A DNA stretch of 64,000 nt from Octopus bimaculoides (taxonomy: Eukaryota): positions 31,250,395-31,314,394 of the forward strand of contig NC_068999.1 of assembly GCF_001194135.2 (NCBI RefSeq), given 5' to 3'. Within the stretch, counting starts at the first letter, position 1, and each line of letters begins with the position of its first letter. Positions 39,594 to 53,900 of this stretch are shown one piece after another. Under the pieces are notes generated by a model that worked only from the letters and a program-made list of their open reading frames with translations, was not told where the DNA came from and did no database searches. Both the position numbers and the translations under genes were made by a program.

Positions 39594-41639
39594 CGTGCGT
39601 GTTAGAATTACTGAAAAAAGCAGTCACAATTCAAATTTTACCTATACCTGGGATAACTTGATGGTAACTGAAGATCGGAATGGGGGAATTCATACCCTTA
39701 ACCGTGAAACGTCGTACCCAATTAACTAAAGGCAGGTTTGTTTTTTACTCTTCTCTTCTGTTTTTTGTTCTGTGTGTACCATAGATATCGCTATCCACTT
39801 GAGAAAAATTTGTAGTTTTGGAATCAGTAGTTCTTTAGCTGCTATTTCTGAATTCTCAGTATGTTGGAGAGGCAGGCTACTGCTAATCCCTATATATTTA
39901 TGATTATAAATGGTTTTACCGATAAAGGTTTTTTCATACTGAGCTACCCGGCAAAATTGTTAATTATTAATTTTATTACTAATTGACGATTTCCTGCCNN
40001 NNNNNNNNTATATATATATATATGTATATATATAAATATCTATATATATATATATACAACAGAATTCTTTCCACTCTCAAGGCTTTGGTTGACTTGAGGC
40101 TATAGTAAAAGACACTTGCCCAAGGTGTCATATAGTAGGACTAAATCCAGAACCATGTGGCTGAGAAGCAAGCTTCTTACTACAACAGCCACGCCTGCAT
40201 CTATGTGCAAAATTATTTGGTCCATCCAAGCCATATCGTTATAGAATCTTCATGTCTAAACTCATATCCAGTTAAGCCTAATAAAATTCGAAAAGTTTGG
40301 ATCTCAGGTCAGTACTGTTAGATTCTTGCCCTGCTATGAATGAAATAGAACACATATTGCTTCTGCTTTCAATTGGATAAAAAAAAAAAAAAAGCACTAT
40401 GAATCTTTACAGCCTTCTTTGTTTGGTTTTGGAAACTCTTTTCTGCAAAACTCTTGTCGCTTCAGGTAACTCTCCAAGCAACATCCCCTTGCTTTGTTCT
40501 GTTTTGGCTATCAGATCAATACTCTGTTAACACCAATTCCTCTTACACTATTTCAATTAATTTCACTTTATCCCAGCACATTATTCTATTTTATTTGTTA
40601 TATTCTCAGATTTTTAAATCCATTTCATTTCTAATCCATTTGAATCTATTTGATTTACTTTACCATTCTTTTAAAATTCTATATTTTTATAAAATTGTGA
40701 TTTCATAAATTTATAACATTTTCACCACAAATTTATTACATATATATTTTTTCATCAGATAAAAAAGAATTTTCTATCATCTCTATACCCTTTTAACATT
40801 TGTCAACTATAACCACCTTTTTCTCCATTGCCCATCTAGTTCAAATCATTGCTCCATTGCTTTATTGTAAGCCATATCATTCTTCCCTGGTTTTTGATAT
40901 GCATCTTTCTGTCAGTTTACATTTGAATGGGTTTTAGTTATTCATTGAGTGTAAATTCATGTAAAGAAATGTCTGTGTGTATGTGTGTATCTGTGCGTTT
41001 ATATGGCTGTATGTGAAAAAAATAATGGGAAGTCATATGAACATGATAATGTTTTAATTCTTTGAAATTTTATTTTCATTTGTACAGTTCTTACACATTG
41101 CAACAACAATGCAGAAGTATAGAATGCATCTAAATGTTTGTATGCAAAATACAAGAATATGATCATTCCACTTCTTTCTACCATTTGCATCCAGTCAGGT
41201 TTGAGCATTATATTCAAAAATATTTTTCACTAGGACATGCTTGGTAAAAGATCTCTCTCTCTCTCTCTCGCTTGGTAAAAGATCTCTCTCTCTCTCCCTC
41301 TCTCTTTCTCTCTCTCTCTCCCTCTCCCTTTCTCTCTCTTCCTCTCTCTTTCTTTTTCTTTCTCTTTCTCTCCCTTATATATATATTAGAGAAAGAGAGA
41401 GAATCACCATCATCATCATCATCATCATCATCATTTGATATCCACTTTCCATGCTGGAGAGCTGCACCAGACACATATATGTATATAGCATTGAGAGTAT
41501 TTTAAATCTTATTTCTAGCAATGTAGATGTTTTGGCACCCTTTGTCACACTTATTGATGATTGAATATTTCCTTCATGGTATTACATTGTGCCTAGTTGT
41601 TTATATTAATTGTTTATATATGTATGTATATATGTATGG

Positions 41640-41670
<31 letters not shown>

Positions 41671-41695
41671 TGTATGTATGCATGTATGTATGTAA

Positions 41696-41744
<49 letters not shown>

Positions 41745-44700
41745 TACATACAAATTCACAAAATATTCACAAACGTGAGCATGAACTGCAAAAGCAGAAA
41801 TCTAATCTACTGCATCAAATGCCCAAATTGTGGAGAACTGTACGTTGGCCAGAACACTCGCGTGTGCATTGACAACAAATTAAAAATCCAGAGGTCCTCC
41901 AAATACCATTGAGTAACCACCTGGCAACATGTGGTCGAAAAACTTTTATGATATTTCCATTTCATAAACTTTACAACCTGAATGAAACTGAGAGAAAACT
42001 GAGAGAAAAGGACTTTATTAAGAAATTCAAACCCAAGCTTAACAAACAATGATTAAATTAATCTTATTTGGGGTTTAAAAATCTTATCCCTATAACTAAA
42101 ACACAAAAAATCTCTCAAAAGTACTGCTGTCATCATTTCTAACAATAAACATTAAAAAATGGTTTGGCATTATCTCTAAAAATATTCAAACAACTACTAC
42201 TGCTGTCCACAGGAATGTATATAAAAGACAAAAGACAGCCAGTCAACTACAGTTGAAACATTCCTGTCACATGGGGCCTTGAGACTGCTAAAAAGCAGGN
42301 NNNNNNNNNNNNNNNNNNNNNNNNNNNNNNNNNNNNNNNNNNNNNNNNNNNNNNNNNNNNNNNNNNNNNNNNNNNNNNNNNNNNNNNNNNNNNNNNNNNN
42401 NNNNNNNNNNNNNNNNNNNNNNNNNNNNNNNNNNNNNNNNNNNNNNNNNNNNNNNNNNNNNNNNNNNNNNNNNNNNNNNNNNNNNNNNNNNNNNNNNNNN
42501 NNNNNNNNNNNNNNNNNNNNNNNNNNNNNNNNNNNNNNNNNNNNNNNNNNNNNNNNNNNNNNNNNNNNNNNNNNNNNNNNNNNNNNNNNNNNNNNNNNNN
42601 NNNNNNNNNNNNNNNNNNNNNNNNNNNNNNNNNNNNNNNNNNNNNNNNNNNNNNNNNNNNNNNNNNNNNNNNNNNNNNNNNNNNNNNNNNNNNNNNNNNN
42701 NNNNNNNNNNNNNNNNNNNNNNNNNNNNNNNNNNNNNNNNNNNNNNNNNNNNNNNNNNNNNNNNNNNNNNNNNNNNNNNNNNNNNNNNNNNNNNNNNNNN
42801 NNNNNNNNNNNNNNNNNNNNNNNNNNNNNNNNNNNNNNNNNNNNNNNNNNNNNNNNNNNNNNNNNNNNNNNNNNNNNNNNNNNNNNNNNNNNNNNNNNNN
42901 NNNNNNNNNNNNNNNNNNNNNNNNNNNNNNNNNNNNNNNNNNNNNNNNNNNNNNNNNNNNNNNNNNNNNNNNNNNNNNNNNNNNNNNNNNNNNNNNNNNN
43001 CTCGGTCAGTAGTCATCGCCTTGGTGAGGCCCAATGTTCGAAGGTCTTGCCTCACCACCTCAGCCCAGGTCTTCCTGGGCCTACCTCTTCCACGGGTTCC
43101 CTCAACTGTTAGGGAGTGGCACTTTTTTACGCAGCTATCCTCATTCATTCTCACCACATGTCCAAACCAGCGCAATCGTCTCTCTTGCACACCACTACTG
43201 ATGCTTCTTATGTTCAGCTTTTCTCTCAAGATACTTACACTCTGACGGGTATGCACATTTACATTACACATCCAGCGGAGCATACTGGCTTCATTCCTTG
43301 CGAGCTTACGCATGTCCTCAGCAGTCACAGCCCATGTTTCACTGCCATGTAGCATGGCTGTTCGTACAGATGCTTGATACAGTCTGCTTTTTACTCTGAG
43401 TGAGAGTCCCTTTATGTATTATATATATATGTACATGTATATATGTATATGTATATGTATGTAGGTATGTATATACATGTATATATATATATATATATAA
43501 GTGAGTAATGTAGATGTATAAGTTTCAATTCATTACAGCTGTTTTGAGCAACTCCTTTAATTGATTAATGAAAGCACTACATCATTACAAAGGAAACTGT
43601 TGTCATCAGATGATCGCATAGACTTCAAGCATAAAGGACAAGTTAGATATTTAAACATACTCATATTATCAATAGAGAGCAAATATTTACAATGATTCCA
43701 ATGTTAAATTTTTCGGCAGAATGAAAAAAGGACAGTACAGTGACGGACAAACATGGAATTTGCATAGGCTAGAATAATGGTGGTGGTGGTGGTGGGGAGG
43801 AATGAATGAGAGTAGTGTTCCCGTTTTCTACATTCTCCCTATTGTCTTCAGTACGTTATCTACTGAAGACAATAGGGAGAATGTAGCCTTCAAAACATCT
43901 AAAATTAGATCTTTGGGGAATTATAAATGAATTAGTATCATGCCAGACCGTTCTACTATCTGAGAAAATGGAACTTTACATCAGGCTATATCAACACCAA
44001 AGGTTAGGTCATGGGGTGGAAAACATGAATGCCTGATGGGGGAGTGGTGATAACAGAAAGAAGAGAGGGGATGGAGATAGCTAATAAAGCTTATTTTGAT
44101 TGTTATCTTAAAAGGGGAATAAAATGTGAACTTTGTGTCTGGAGAGAGTCATTCTCTTTTAGTGCCTGATTATTTAACAATTTAAATAATAGGGCACTAA
44201 AATATGTTTCAACACACGAACTCACATAAAGAATCTTGCAAACCAAATCCCAAAACGAAGTAAAATGTGAACTGTTAGAAGGGTGGGATATAATTATGGG
44301 TTGGATATAAGTTAAGAGAGAAATGGCAGGAATAAGTTTAAACTTAGTTTACTTATAGCATTAAAGCAAAATATAAATATATAGATATATAAAAAGGTTA
44401 GAAAGAAATTTCAAATATAACTTAATAAGGGGGTAACATATAATTTAATATATGATAATATAAGATTGCAGTATATAATGAATTTTATGAAAAAATTTAT
44501 AATTTATAATTTATTTTTTTCATAAAATTCGTTATATGCTGCAATCTTATATTATCATATATTAAATTATATATTATCTCCTTATTTAGTTATATTTGAA
44601 GTTTCTTTCTAGCCTTTATATATATCTACATATTTATATTTTGCTTTAATGCTATAAGTAAACTAAGTTTAAAAATTTCACCCTTCATTTCTCTCATAAT

Positions 44701-44901
44701 CCTTAAAGAGGAATTCCTTCAAACAGTTCAATTTTGATTCCCTTTTAAGATAACAATCAATATAAGCTCCCTTGTTCATGGTATAAGTGCGCAGTTGTGT
44801 GTCAAAAGCCAGTTGGAAAAGATGTTACCTTGGTGCTAAAAAAGGTAGTAACATTCATCCTGATCAGGACTGCCACTTTACATTGGCAAATGTGTACATA
44901 A

Positions 44902-44957
<56 letters not shown>

Positions 44958-47933
44958 NNNNNNNNNNNNNNNNNNNNNNNNNNNNNNNNNNNNNNNNNNN
45001 NNNNNNNNNNNNNNNNNNNNNNNNNNNNNNNNNNNNNNNNNNNNNNNNNNNNNNNNNNNNNNNNNNNNNNNNNNNNNNNNNNNNNNNNNNNNNNNNNNNN
45101 NNNNNNNNNNNNNNNNNNNNNNNNNNNNNNNNNNNNNNNNNNNNNNNNNNNNNNNNNNNNNNNNNNNNNNNNNNNNNNNNNNNNNNNNNNNNNNNNNNNN
45201 NNNNNNNNNNNNNNNNNNNNNNNNNNNNNNNNNNNNNNNNNNNNNNNNNNNNNNNNNNNNNNNNNNNNNNNNNNNNNNNNNNTGATGTTCACTCGTTCAT
45301 GCATGCACAGTTTGCTAGCATCGTCGAATTTACTACTAGAATATCATACCGATGAAGGAAATTGAGTATTATCGCTCATAATCCAGAAACGCGTCTATGA
45401 TTAACTTCGAATGGTTAGTTTTCATTTGTTTTTTCTTCTATATATATATATATATATATATATCAGGCTGAGTAAAAAGTAAGCAACGTTTTGAACCATG
45501 AAGAATTTCTACTGGATTTTTACTGCGTTATGAATTTTAAAAAATATTTTTTTGCAAATTGTCTGATAATACAGACATAGACTTGCCCAAATGCATCAAT
45601 AAAGTAACATTGATATTTTTTTCATTGATTTTTTTTATAATCATCTGAAATAGAATTATTAAAGCACAATATTTGAGCAATTTTGCTATTCAACTTCAAA
45701 AAAGGATGTATGTAAAGCAGCTGAAACTGCTCACGATATCAGCAAAACATTTGGTGAAGAAATGACCAGTGAGTGGTCAGCTCAAAAATGGTTTAAATGA
45801 TTTCGCAGGGGAGACCTGAGCCTTGAAGATCATGAGCATAGTGGACACCAATCTGTCATCGATGACGGTCAATTAAAGACTGTCATTGAGAATGATCCAC
45901 GTAAAACCAGTAGAGAACTGGCAAAAGGAATAGCTAGAAAACCGCCTGCAACCATTTGCATGTGATCGGAAAATCAGTAAAGCATGACAAATGGGTACCA
46001 CACAATTTGAATGAAAATCAGAGAATGCACAGATATGAAATTTGTTCCTTGCTTCTCCATAACCAGACCGATCCGTTTCTTGATAATTTTGTAACTTTCA
46101 ATGAAAAGTGGATTCTGTACAATAATAGAAATGCTCTTCACAGTGATTGGACCAAAATGAAGCAGTGGAAACCTTCCCTAAACCTGAGCTCTTCAAAAAG
46201 AAGGTTGTGGTGACTGTTTGGTGGTGTACTGCTGGACTCATCCACTATAACTTCTTAAAACCTAGAAAAACCATTACTACAGAAACATAATGCCATGAAA
46301 TTGCCAAAATGAATAAAAAACTGCTACTCCTCTGTCTCAGACTGGTCAACAGAAGAGGGCCAATCATTCTTCATGACAATGCTCAACTACACATTTCACT
46401 AATGACGCTCCAGAAGTTGAGAGAACTTGGCTACAACATTCTTCCCCACCCAGCTTATTCCCCAGATCTTTCTCCTAATGATTACCACTTTTTCAGGCAC
46501 CTTGAAGATTTCCTGTGAGAGAAGGAGTTCAAAAATCAAACCGATGCTGAAATGCATTCAAAGAGTTCATCAGCTCTAGCACTCCAGATTTTTATGTTAC
46601 TGGAATAAATAAACTTGTAACTCATTGGCAAAAATGTGTTGATTGTAATGGTACAACTCCAGTAGCCTAGTTTCTTCATCGTTCCGGGAACCAATACCAT
46701 GGCCCCCGTGTACACCAGAGAAGATATCGGATTTCCGCCCAACATGCCCATTAAAATCTCCAGCCGCAAAGATGAGGTCATTGCCACTCGTCTTTGAGGT
46801 AGCCTGCAGAAGGGTATTATAAAAATGGTGCTTCTGATCATTTGGTAGCCCCACTTGTGGGGTGTAGGCAGAGATAATTGTCGCTGTGCTGTTCTGCAGG
46901 ACATACCTTGACAACTTCTATGGACTTATCCACCCATTTCTCCACAATGAGTATGCCTACACCCCCTACTCCATCCATGTTACCTTGTCAGAAGACTTTA
47001 TACCTATGTGCCTTGCCTGTGAGGACCCTAGATGAAGCTCCTCTCCATCTTACTTCTTGCATGCAGCATATATCAACCCATCTCCTTTCAAGCATCTCTA
47101 CCATCTCACTAGACCTACCTTTCAGTGTGTCTACATTGACAGTGCCAACTCTGAAAACTGGGAAGGGAATGTGAGGTGAGGCTTGGGAAGGAGAGATGTT
47201 ATTCAGTGCCTGAAAAGAAAAGGGAGGTTGTCATGTTCGCTTTTTAGGCATGCTTCACATGTTCTCACTTCCAACCTGACAATATTCAAAGATTCAAGTG
47301 TGTTAAGATTGTTGCCCCTACCGGGGGGNNNNNNNNNNNNNNNNNNNNNNNNNNNNNNNNNNNNNNNNNNNNNNNNNNNNNNNNNNNNNNNNNNNNNNNN
47401 NNNNNNNNNNNNNNNNNNNNNNNNNNNNNNNNNNNNNNNNNNNNNNNNNNNNNNNNNNNNNNNNNNNNNNNNNNNNNNNNNNNNNNNNNNNNNNNNNNNN
47501 NNNNNNNNNNNNNNNNNNNNNNNNNNNNNNNNNNNNNNNNNNNNNNNNNNNNNNNNNNNNNNNNNNNNNNNNNNNNNNNNNNNNNNNNNNNNNNNNNNNN
47601 NNNNNNNNNNNNNNNNNNNNNNNNNNNNNNNNNNNNNNNNNNNNNNNNNNNNNNNNNNNNNNNNNNNNNNNNNNNNNNNNNNNNNNNNNNNNNNNNNNNN
47701 NNNNNNNNNNNNNNNNNNNNNNNNNNNNNNNNNNNNNNNNNNNNNNNNNNNNNNNNNNNNNNNNNNNNNNNNNNNNNNNNNNNNNNNNNNNNNNNNNNNN
47801 NNNNNNNNNNNNNNNNNNNNNNNNNNNNNNNNNNNNNNNNNNNNNNNNNNNNNNNNNNNNNNNNNNNNNNNNNNNNNNNNNNNNNNNNNNNNNNNNNNNN
47901 NNNNNNNNNNNNNNNNNNNNNNNNNNNNNNNNN

Positions 47934-47976
<43 letters not shown>

Positions 47977-50900
47977 TTTTAGTCATTTCAGTGCCATGTG
48001 TCATGTGACTCCAGTCATGCTTGAGTACCACTGTGGTTTTGCACTTTTACATATGATTTGCCTTTGGCTGATGTTTTCAGAGTGTAGGGTTTCACATCAC
48101 CACTCATGTATATGCATTTGGTGGTTGGCCCATTTGGTGTATGAGGAAGTTTGACACCATTGCCTTTGTTTGTACTTCATGCTGGACCATTGGTTCATCT
48201 GGTATTGTGGAGAGGATGATGATATCCTTGTTGAAGATATCTAAGTCCACTTTGTGTAGGTTTCTTAATTTTTGTGGCAGAGCATTGAAGAGCTGTTAGG
48301 CCTTTGAACCATAAGCTATTGCAGTGCTTGGTCTTCAGTTTTGATGGTGTGGACAATACCTTTCATACATTATAATGGTGTCCAGTTTGGGCATTTGTAT
48401 AACACTCAATGCTGAAATTCAGTACAAACCCTTCCAGAATTTTCCATATCTAGATTATTACATATCTGTCATGTCTCCTGGATATGTACCTTGTCTCAAG
48501 GGGATTTCAACTTGGAACATTTATATAAAAAAGGAGGGACTGTAGCATTCTGATCTAGTGAGTCTTATTATAGTTCTATGTCTTGCTGATCCAGGCCCAA
48601 AATGCAAGCTATTAAATAACTAATCTTCAGAAATGAACTGTATCTCCCTTTGATCATTGTGTGTAATAACATTGGTCATGACTACTAAAATCTCTCAATG
48701 CTTTTTGCCAACAGCAATAGAAAGAAATCTAACTGAAGTGAAAGTCGGGCTAGGTTACCTAGAAATTAACACAAATAGATCCTGAAGCCCAGTGTTCAAC
48801 TAAAGTAAAATTATATTTTATATTTACATAAATTTCACTATCTTCTCATGATTGAATTTTGCTCTGTTGTTCAAAAGTTCTGTCTATACTACAATAATAT
48901 ATACTATTGCTCTGTTTTCTTTATACAACATCTTTTTAATTCCTATTTTATTGAAGAGAAGAGAAAGCCTGAAAAAAAAGTGTTTCTCTCTATGCTGGCT
49001 AAAGATTTGTTTAGTTCAACCAATAACAGGACAATATATTCAATACTATCCAATCAAAACCAGAGATTTTCATATGCTAGCAGCATAACACAGTTTAGCT
49101 GAAAATTTTTCAGAATTATTGAACATTTATCAATCGTGTAGAATAGAGATATTCCCTTGAGATTTCTTAAAAACGCCAATTGATCTAATTTTATCTCAAT
49201 AAGTGTTCAGTTGATTTGGAAAATATTGTTCCCAGCAAAGATTTATACTGAATAAATGCATTAAGAAATATTGCAGCCTATTTCGAATATGTAAGGAATA
49301 TTGCTTCCAAAAGCTGACAAAAGTTTTTCATCAGCTCCTCACATTTGGATAATATTGAGAAATAGGATAAGTTTCTTTGAATTCATGGTATTTCCAATTG
49401 TTATATTCTTTGTTTTCAAGTGGCACCATTTGTGTCCCTTAAGACTTTGTCAACTAGCTGAAATGATAATAAAATAATACTGATGCTTATGAATTGATGT
49501 CTGATAAGTTACTATGAATTAGAAACATACAAAAGTGGTAGTGCTGATGGTGGTGATGGTCATGGCAGTGACAGTGGTGGAGGCAGTAGCAGTGGTGGTG
49601 GTGGTAGTAAGTAGGAGTGACATTCTATTTCACCTTCAGTGTTATAAAAGCCTTTCCTAATTGGCTTTCTGTTCAATTCAGCACAATGTCTCTCTCTTAC
49701 ATTAATCTATGAGACGTACTTCTGCTAGTATTGTCCGTCTGGTAGTGGGCATGTGGCTCAATACCATGTCTGTCAATTTTCAGTAATCTAACATCATGTG
49801 ACTGGTATTGAACATATTGTGCATTGTGTATTTAGTGAAACAGGGTGTATAGAACACAGTAGTTTAGGTGTTTGTCTCTCATCCCTTCTCTGTTTCTTCT
49901 TCTACTTATCACAGTAAACATTGTTCAATGCTCCCTAAAGAACACAACAAATCCACAGAATTCCTCCCAACAAAAATTTTCCTTCAGAGATTCCAAAGGC
50001 CACATCTTCGGATTTGTTTGTGCTATATTCATAGAAATATCTTTGGAATTTCTTAATATCTTCTACTGGCTGGAAATACTTAAAAATGCCTTCAAGTTAT
50101 TGTATGATTTTAGGGAGATTAGGTGAAGTCAAAATAGACATATGATAGAGCTGAAGGTCATTGGGGGAAAGAAACATGTACATGGCCAACCACAGAATGT
50201 TTCAAGCCTCACTACTATATCAGGCCGTTTGTTGGAAATTTTGAGTATTAGAACAATAATTACAATAATGTTACTGCTCAGACTGACCATTAAACAGGAT
50301 GGTATTTTAGTCTGCTTTATAGATTTGGTATCTTTTATGGTGCTTTGTTGAATGTTATTAAGGGTATTTGTTATGGTAATATTAGTAGAAACATCTTACA
50401 GTCTGAATAGATGTCTGCAGATTGCCACAGTCTTAATCTTTAACTAACTGCTGTCATAATCATTTAAATATATACACCATATGTACTTCGTCTGTCTTTA
50501 TGTTCTGAGTTCAAATTCCCCTGAGATCGACTTTGCCTTTCATCCTTTTGGGGTCGATAAATTAAGTACCAGTTGCATACTGGGGTTGATCTAATTGACT
50601 GGCCCCACTCTCCAATGATTTCAGGCCTTGTGCCTAGAGTAGAACAGAATATACATATCATATGTACCCAAACATGTTCTCTCTTTATTAACCTTAACAA
50701 TCTTCATTTCCCTTTCTATTTCTTTTATTAATGGTGTTCTGAATGTTTATGGGTCTTCTAAGATACAAGTGGCATAGCTTGAAGATTTACCATTAATATA
50801 TATGTTGGGCAAGATAAATGTTAACATTGATATACCTTGGAACTCTCAGTGGTTGGAAAACGCTGATGTAGACTTCTTCAAGTTCATCACAAAACTTCAC

Positions 50901-53900
50901 CGGACGGATTCGGTAGGTTATTAAAAGAAGTTGGACTCCATTTATTATCATAAAAGCAAAATTCCAAGAAAAGAAGTCCGGTGCACAAAGAATTACCCAA
51001 GACCAGGCAGACAACAGAAGAAAACCTGCAACAAAGAAAAATAGAAAAACATTCAATTCTTGAAGGTTCTTTCTAAGCAAGTGTTTGTTTAAGAAGTGGT
51101 AAAAGCTTAATAAAGGTATATTTTTCTGAGGTTATGCATGTAAAATGGCATGAAACTTTTGTGTGTGAGGATGAGGGTTTGGAGATGTTGTTTAGCCTCA
51201 GGTCAGTCTTGACCAAACAAATGTACTATCAAAAACATTCCAGCCATGCCTATCCAGAGGGTTTTGGGTTGACATTATTGGCATTGGTTGAATTGACGAG
51301 GACAAGCAAATTAAGAGAATTGGATATTTAAGGGAAATAAAAGCAATTAGACTTTTACATCACTACCTGACTTTTTGGTATCTTTAGTGGCATTCAGTCT
51401 GTCCCAACTATTCAGACCAGCTCTACAGTGTAGGGATAACATGTGATTCCTGATTTATTTTTGTCCCTCATTCCACAAATGATAGGAGTTTGTGTAAGAA
51501 GGGTCACGAAATAAGGGTTCAATAGTTTAAATATTGTTGATTAATGTTGGGCATAGGGTATGTATTACTGATAGATGATAATAAGTGTGTGGATCCGTTG
51601 TATTCTAGTAACTAAAGTAATATGGAAACAATGTAAAATGGTTGAGAATGGTGTGTAAAATGGTAGAACAGCATTTATTGAAGGGTTTTGAAAGAGTGAC
51701 TGACATACAACAGGACATGGACAGACATAATACACAGTTTGCTACTTCAAAAAAACAGAAGTTGTTATTTTTTAAATTGAATTAGTTAGTGACATCACAA
51801 CATCGTCGTTGTCGTCGTCATCGTCATCGTCACCACCACCACCACCATCAGCAGCAGCAACAGTAGCAGCAGCATTTTACGTATACTTTTCATACTGACA
51901 TAAATCAAATGGTGTGACAGGCTCCAACAAGTTGGAGGACCATGTTTTGCTCCATTGTCTCATTTTGGTTTGGTTTCTATGGTTAGATACCCTTCCTAAC
52001 ACCAACCACTTTTATAGAATGTGCCAAGTCTAAAGAGGCCTCTTAAGCCCTGTATTGTCTCTGCTTGATTCACTAATCACATTACAGAGTGTACTGGTTA
52101 CTTTCTTCATGCCACCAGTACAACTAAAGTGCTACTAAATCACCAATCAAATCTTCTTACAAAGCTTCGGTTGACTCAAGGTTATAGGAGAAGACACTTG
52201 TCCAAGGTGCCACACAGTGGGACTGAACCTGGAACCATGTGGATGAGATGCAAAGTTGTTAACCACTTGGCCAGACCTGTAGAAATACATACAAACATAT
52301 ATATAATAATAAAAAGAAGTTTTGGATGGAAATTAGTAAATCCTTTAATGCATTGCAATGTACATTCCCATAAACCACGTGTCTTTGTTGCTGCATTCCC
52401 CATCCATTGAATATTACAAATATGATTTGCAAAATCCATGAATTTTAAGGGGAAATATTAATATATGTGCCCGCTTCTTCAGGCAAAAAATTGCATTAGT
52501 GTTTTGGCTACATTAAATGTTTAACTAAGAGATATTTACCAATTTACACCAATCAGAATCCTCTGAGATGTTTATGTGCAGTTCTTGTGACAACACAGCA
52601 ACATGTAACTTCAGACAGAAACAAATGCAAATTTAAAAACAACAACTTGAGGAGAAGCATGATTTATAAGTGTGAAGTGAAAAGCAGATCCACTAAAATA
52701 TGTGAACATTGGTGGAACATTGAATGCAATGAAAAACCATCTGAGAAACCCATTTTAAGTCATTTTCAGATGAAAATAAAAGTCATGCTCATCCTTAGCT
52801 AGCCTCTTCTGGAGACTAAAATAGAATGGGGTGGAACACACAACTAAATGGTCTATACAAAATAAATGCCAAACCACTTGATGGAACATCATGATCTGCA
52901 GCTTATGTCTGGAGGAAACATGAGATTATTATCTTCAAGGAAAGCATAGTTAATAGACATTCTGAAGTGATTGTATTTGTAGATATAAAATAAAAAAAGT
53001 CTTTCCTGGGACTGAAACAGACAAACTCTAACCATCAGTAACATCAAACCAAACAATGGGACCTCCCAAATGAAGTAAACAAAAGAGATCATATATGTAT
53101 ACAGTAGAAAATTTATTACAAGGAAATTTTGCATAATGGAATATAAACATCAAGGACCCCAAATTGAACATGCAAGGAAGACTATACTAGAGGAGATATG
53201 CTGACTACATAGAAAAGCCATGACTAACAAATGACACTCCCACCTAAGCAACAACATTGACAGAACAGCAGAGTCCCCTGTAAAATACTTAATGATACCA
53301 AGCTAATCTTATTCTCTGCATTCACTGGTGCCTGATAACATCTAAACAAAAATTTGCTCCCTTCTCCTTACAGCTTATAAAATCATTAATGTAGCACCCT
53401 ACTGAGATCAGGGTTAAATCAAATGCTCAATTCATATACACTGAATTCAAAACAAAGAAATTCATGAACATTTTCTTTTACTTCTCTTATATCATTGATT
53501 CCTTCTCTCTTCCTATCCACACACGGTCACTTGCACAGATCTAAATACAAAGTAAAACACTACATGTATCCACCCTCCCATATTGTTTATATATATCTAT
53601 TTGCATGCTTAGTCAAAATAGTCACAGGAACTGCCCATAAATCCCAGAGAATCTTCTGATTGGTGTAAATTGGTAAATATCCCTTAGCTAAACATTTGAC
53701 ACAGCCAGAACAGTAATACAATTTTTTGCCTGAAGAAACAAACACATGTATTAATATTTCCCATTAAAATCCATATTTATTGCAAATCGTATTTGTAATA
53801 TCCTTTGAATGGGGAATGCAGCAACAAAAGTATGTGGTTTTTGGAAACATATGTAGCAATGCATTACAGGATTTATGATTTTCCATCTAAAAATTCTTGT

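Larger units (their letters stand above)
4998..47933. other. Twelve assembly gaps: 4998-5525, 6412-6762, 14573-15548, 16575-16678, 24380-25250, 26272-27079, 34156-34165, 35964-36444, 39999-40008, 42300-43000, 44958-45282, 47329-47933
   Basis: Runs of N, mostly adjacent to microsatellites or inverted repeats. Confidence 0.97.

Noticed and set aside
43603-43609. CTGATGA on minus and CTGAAGA at 20734-20740 as hammerhead cores
   Set aside because: No correctly placed GAAA, stem III or stem I partner.
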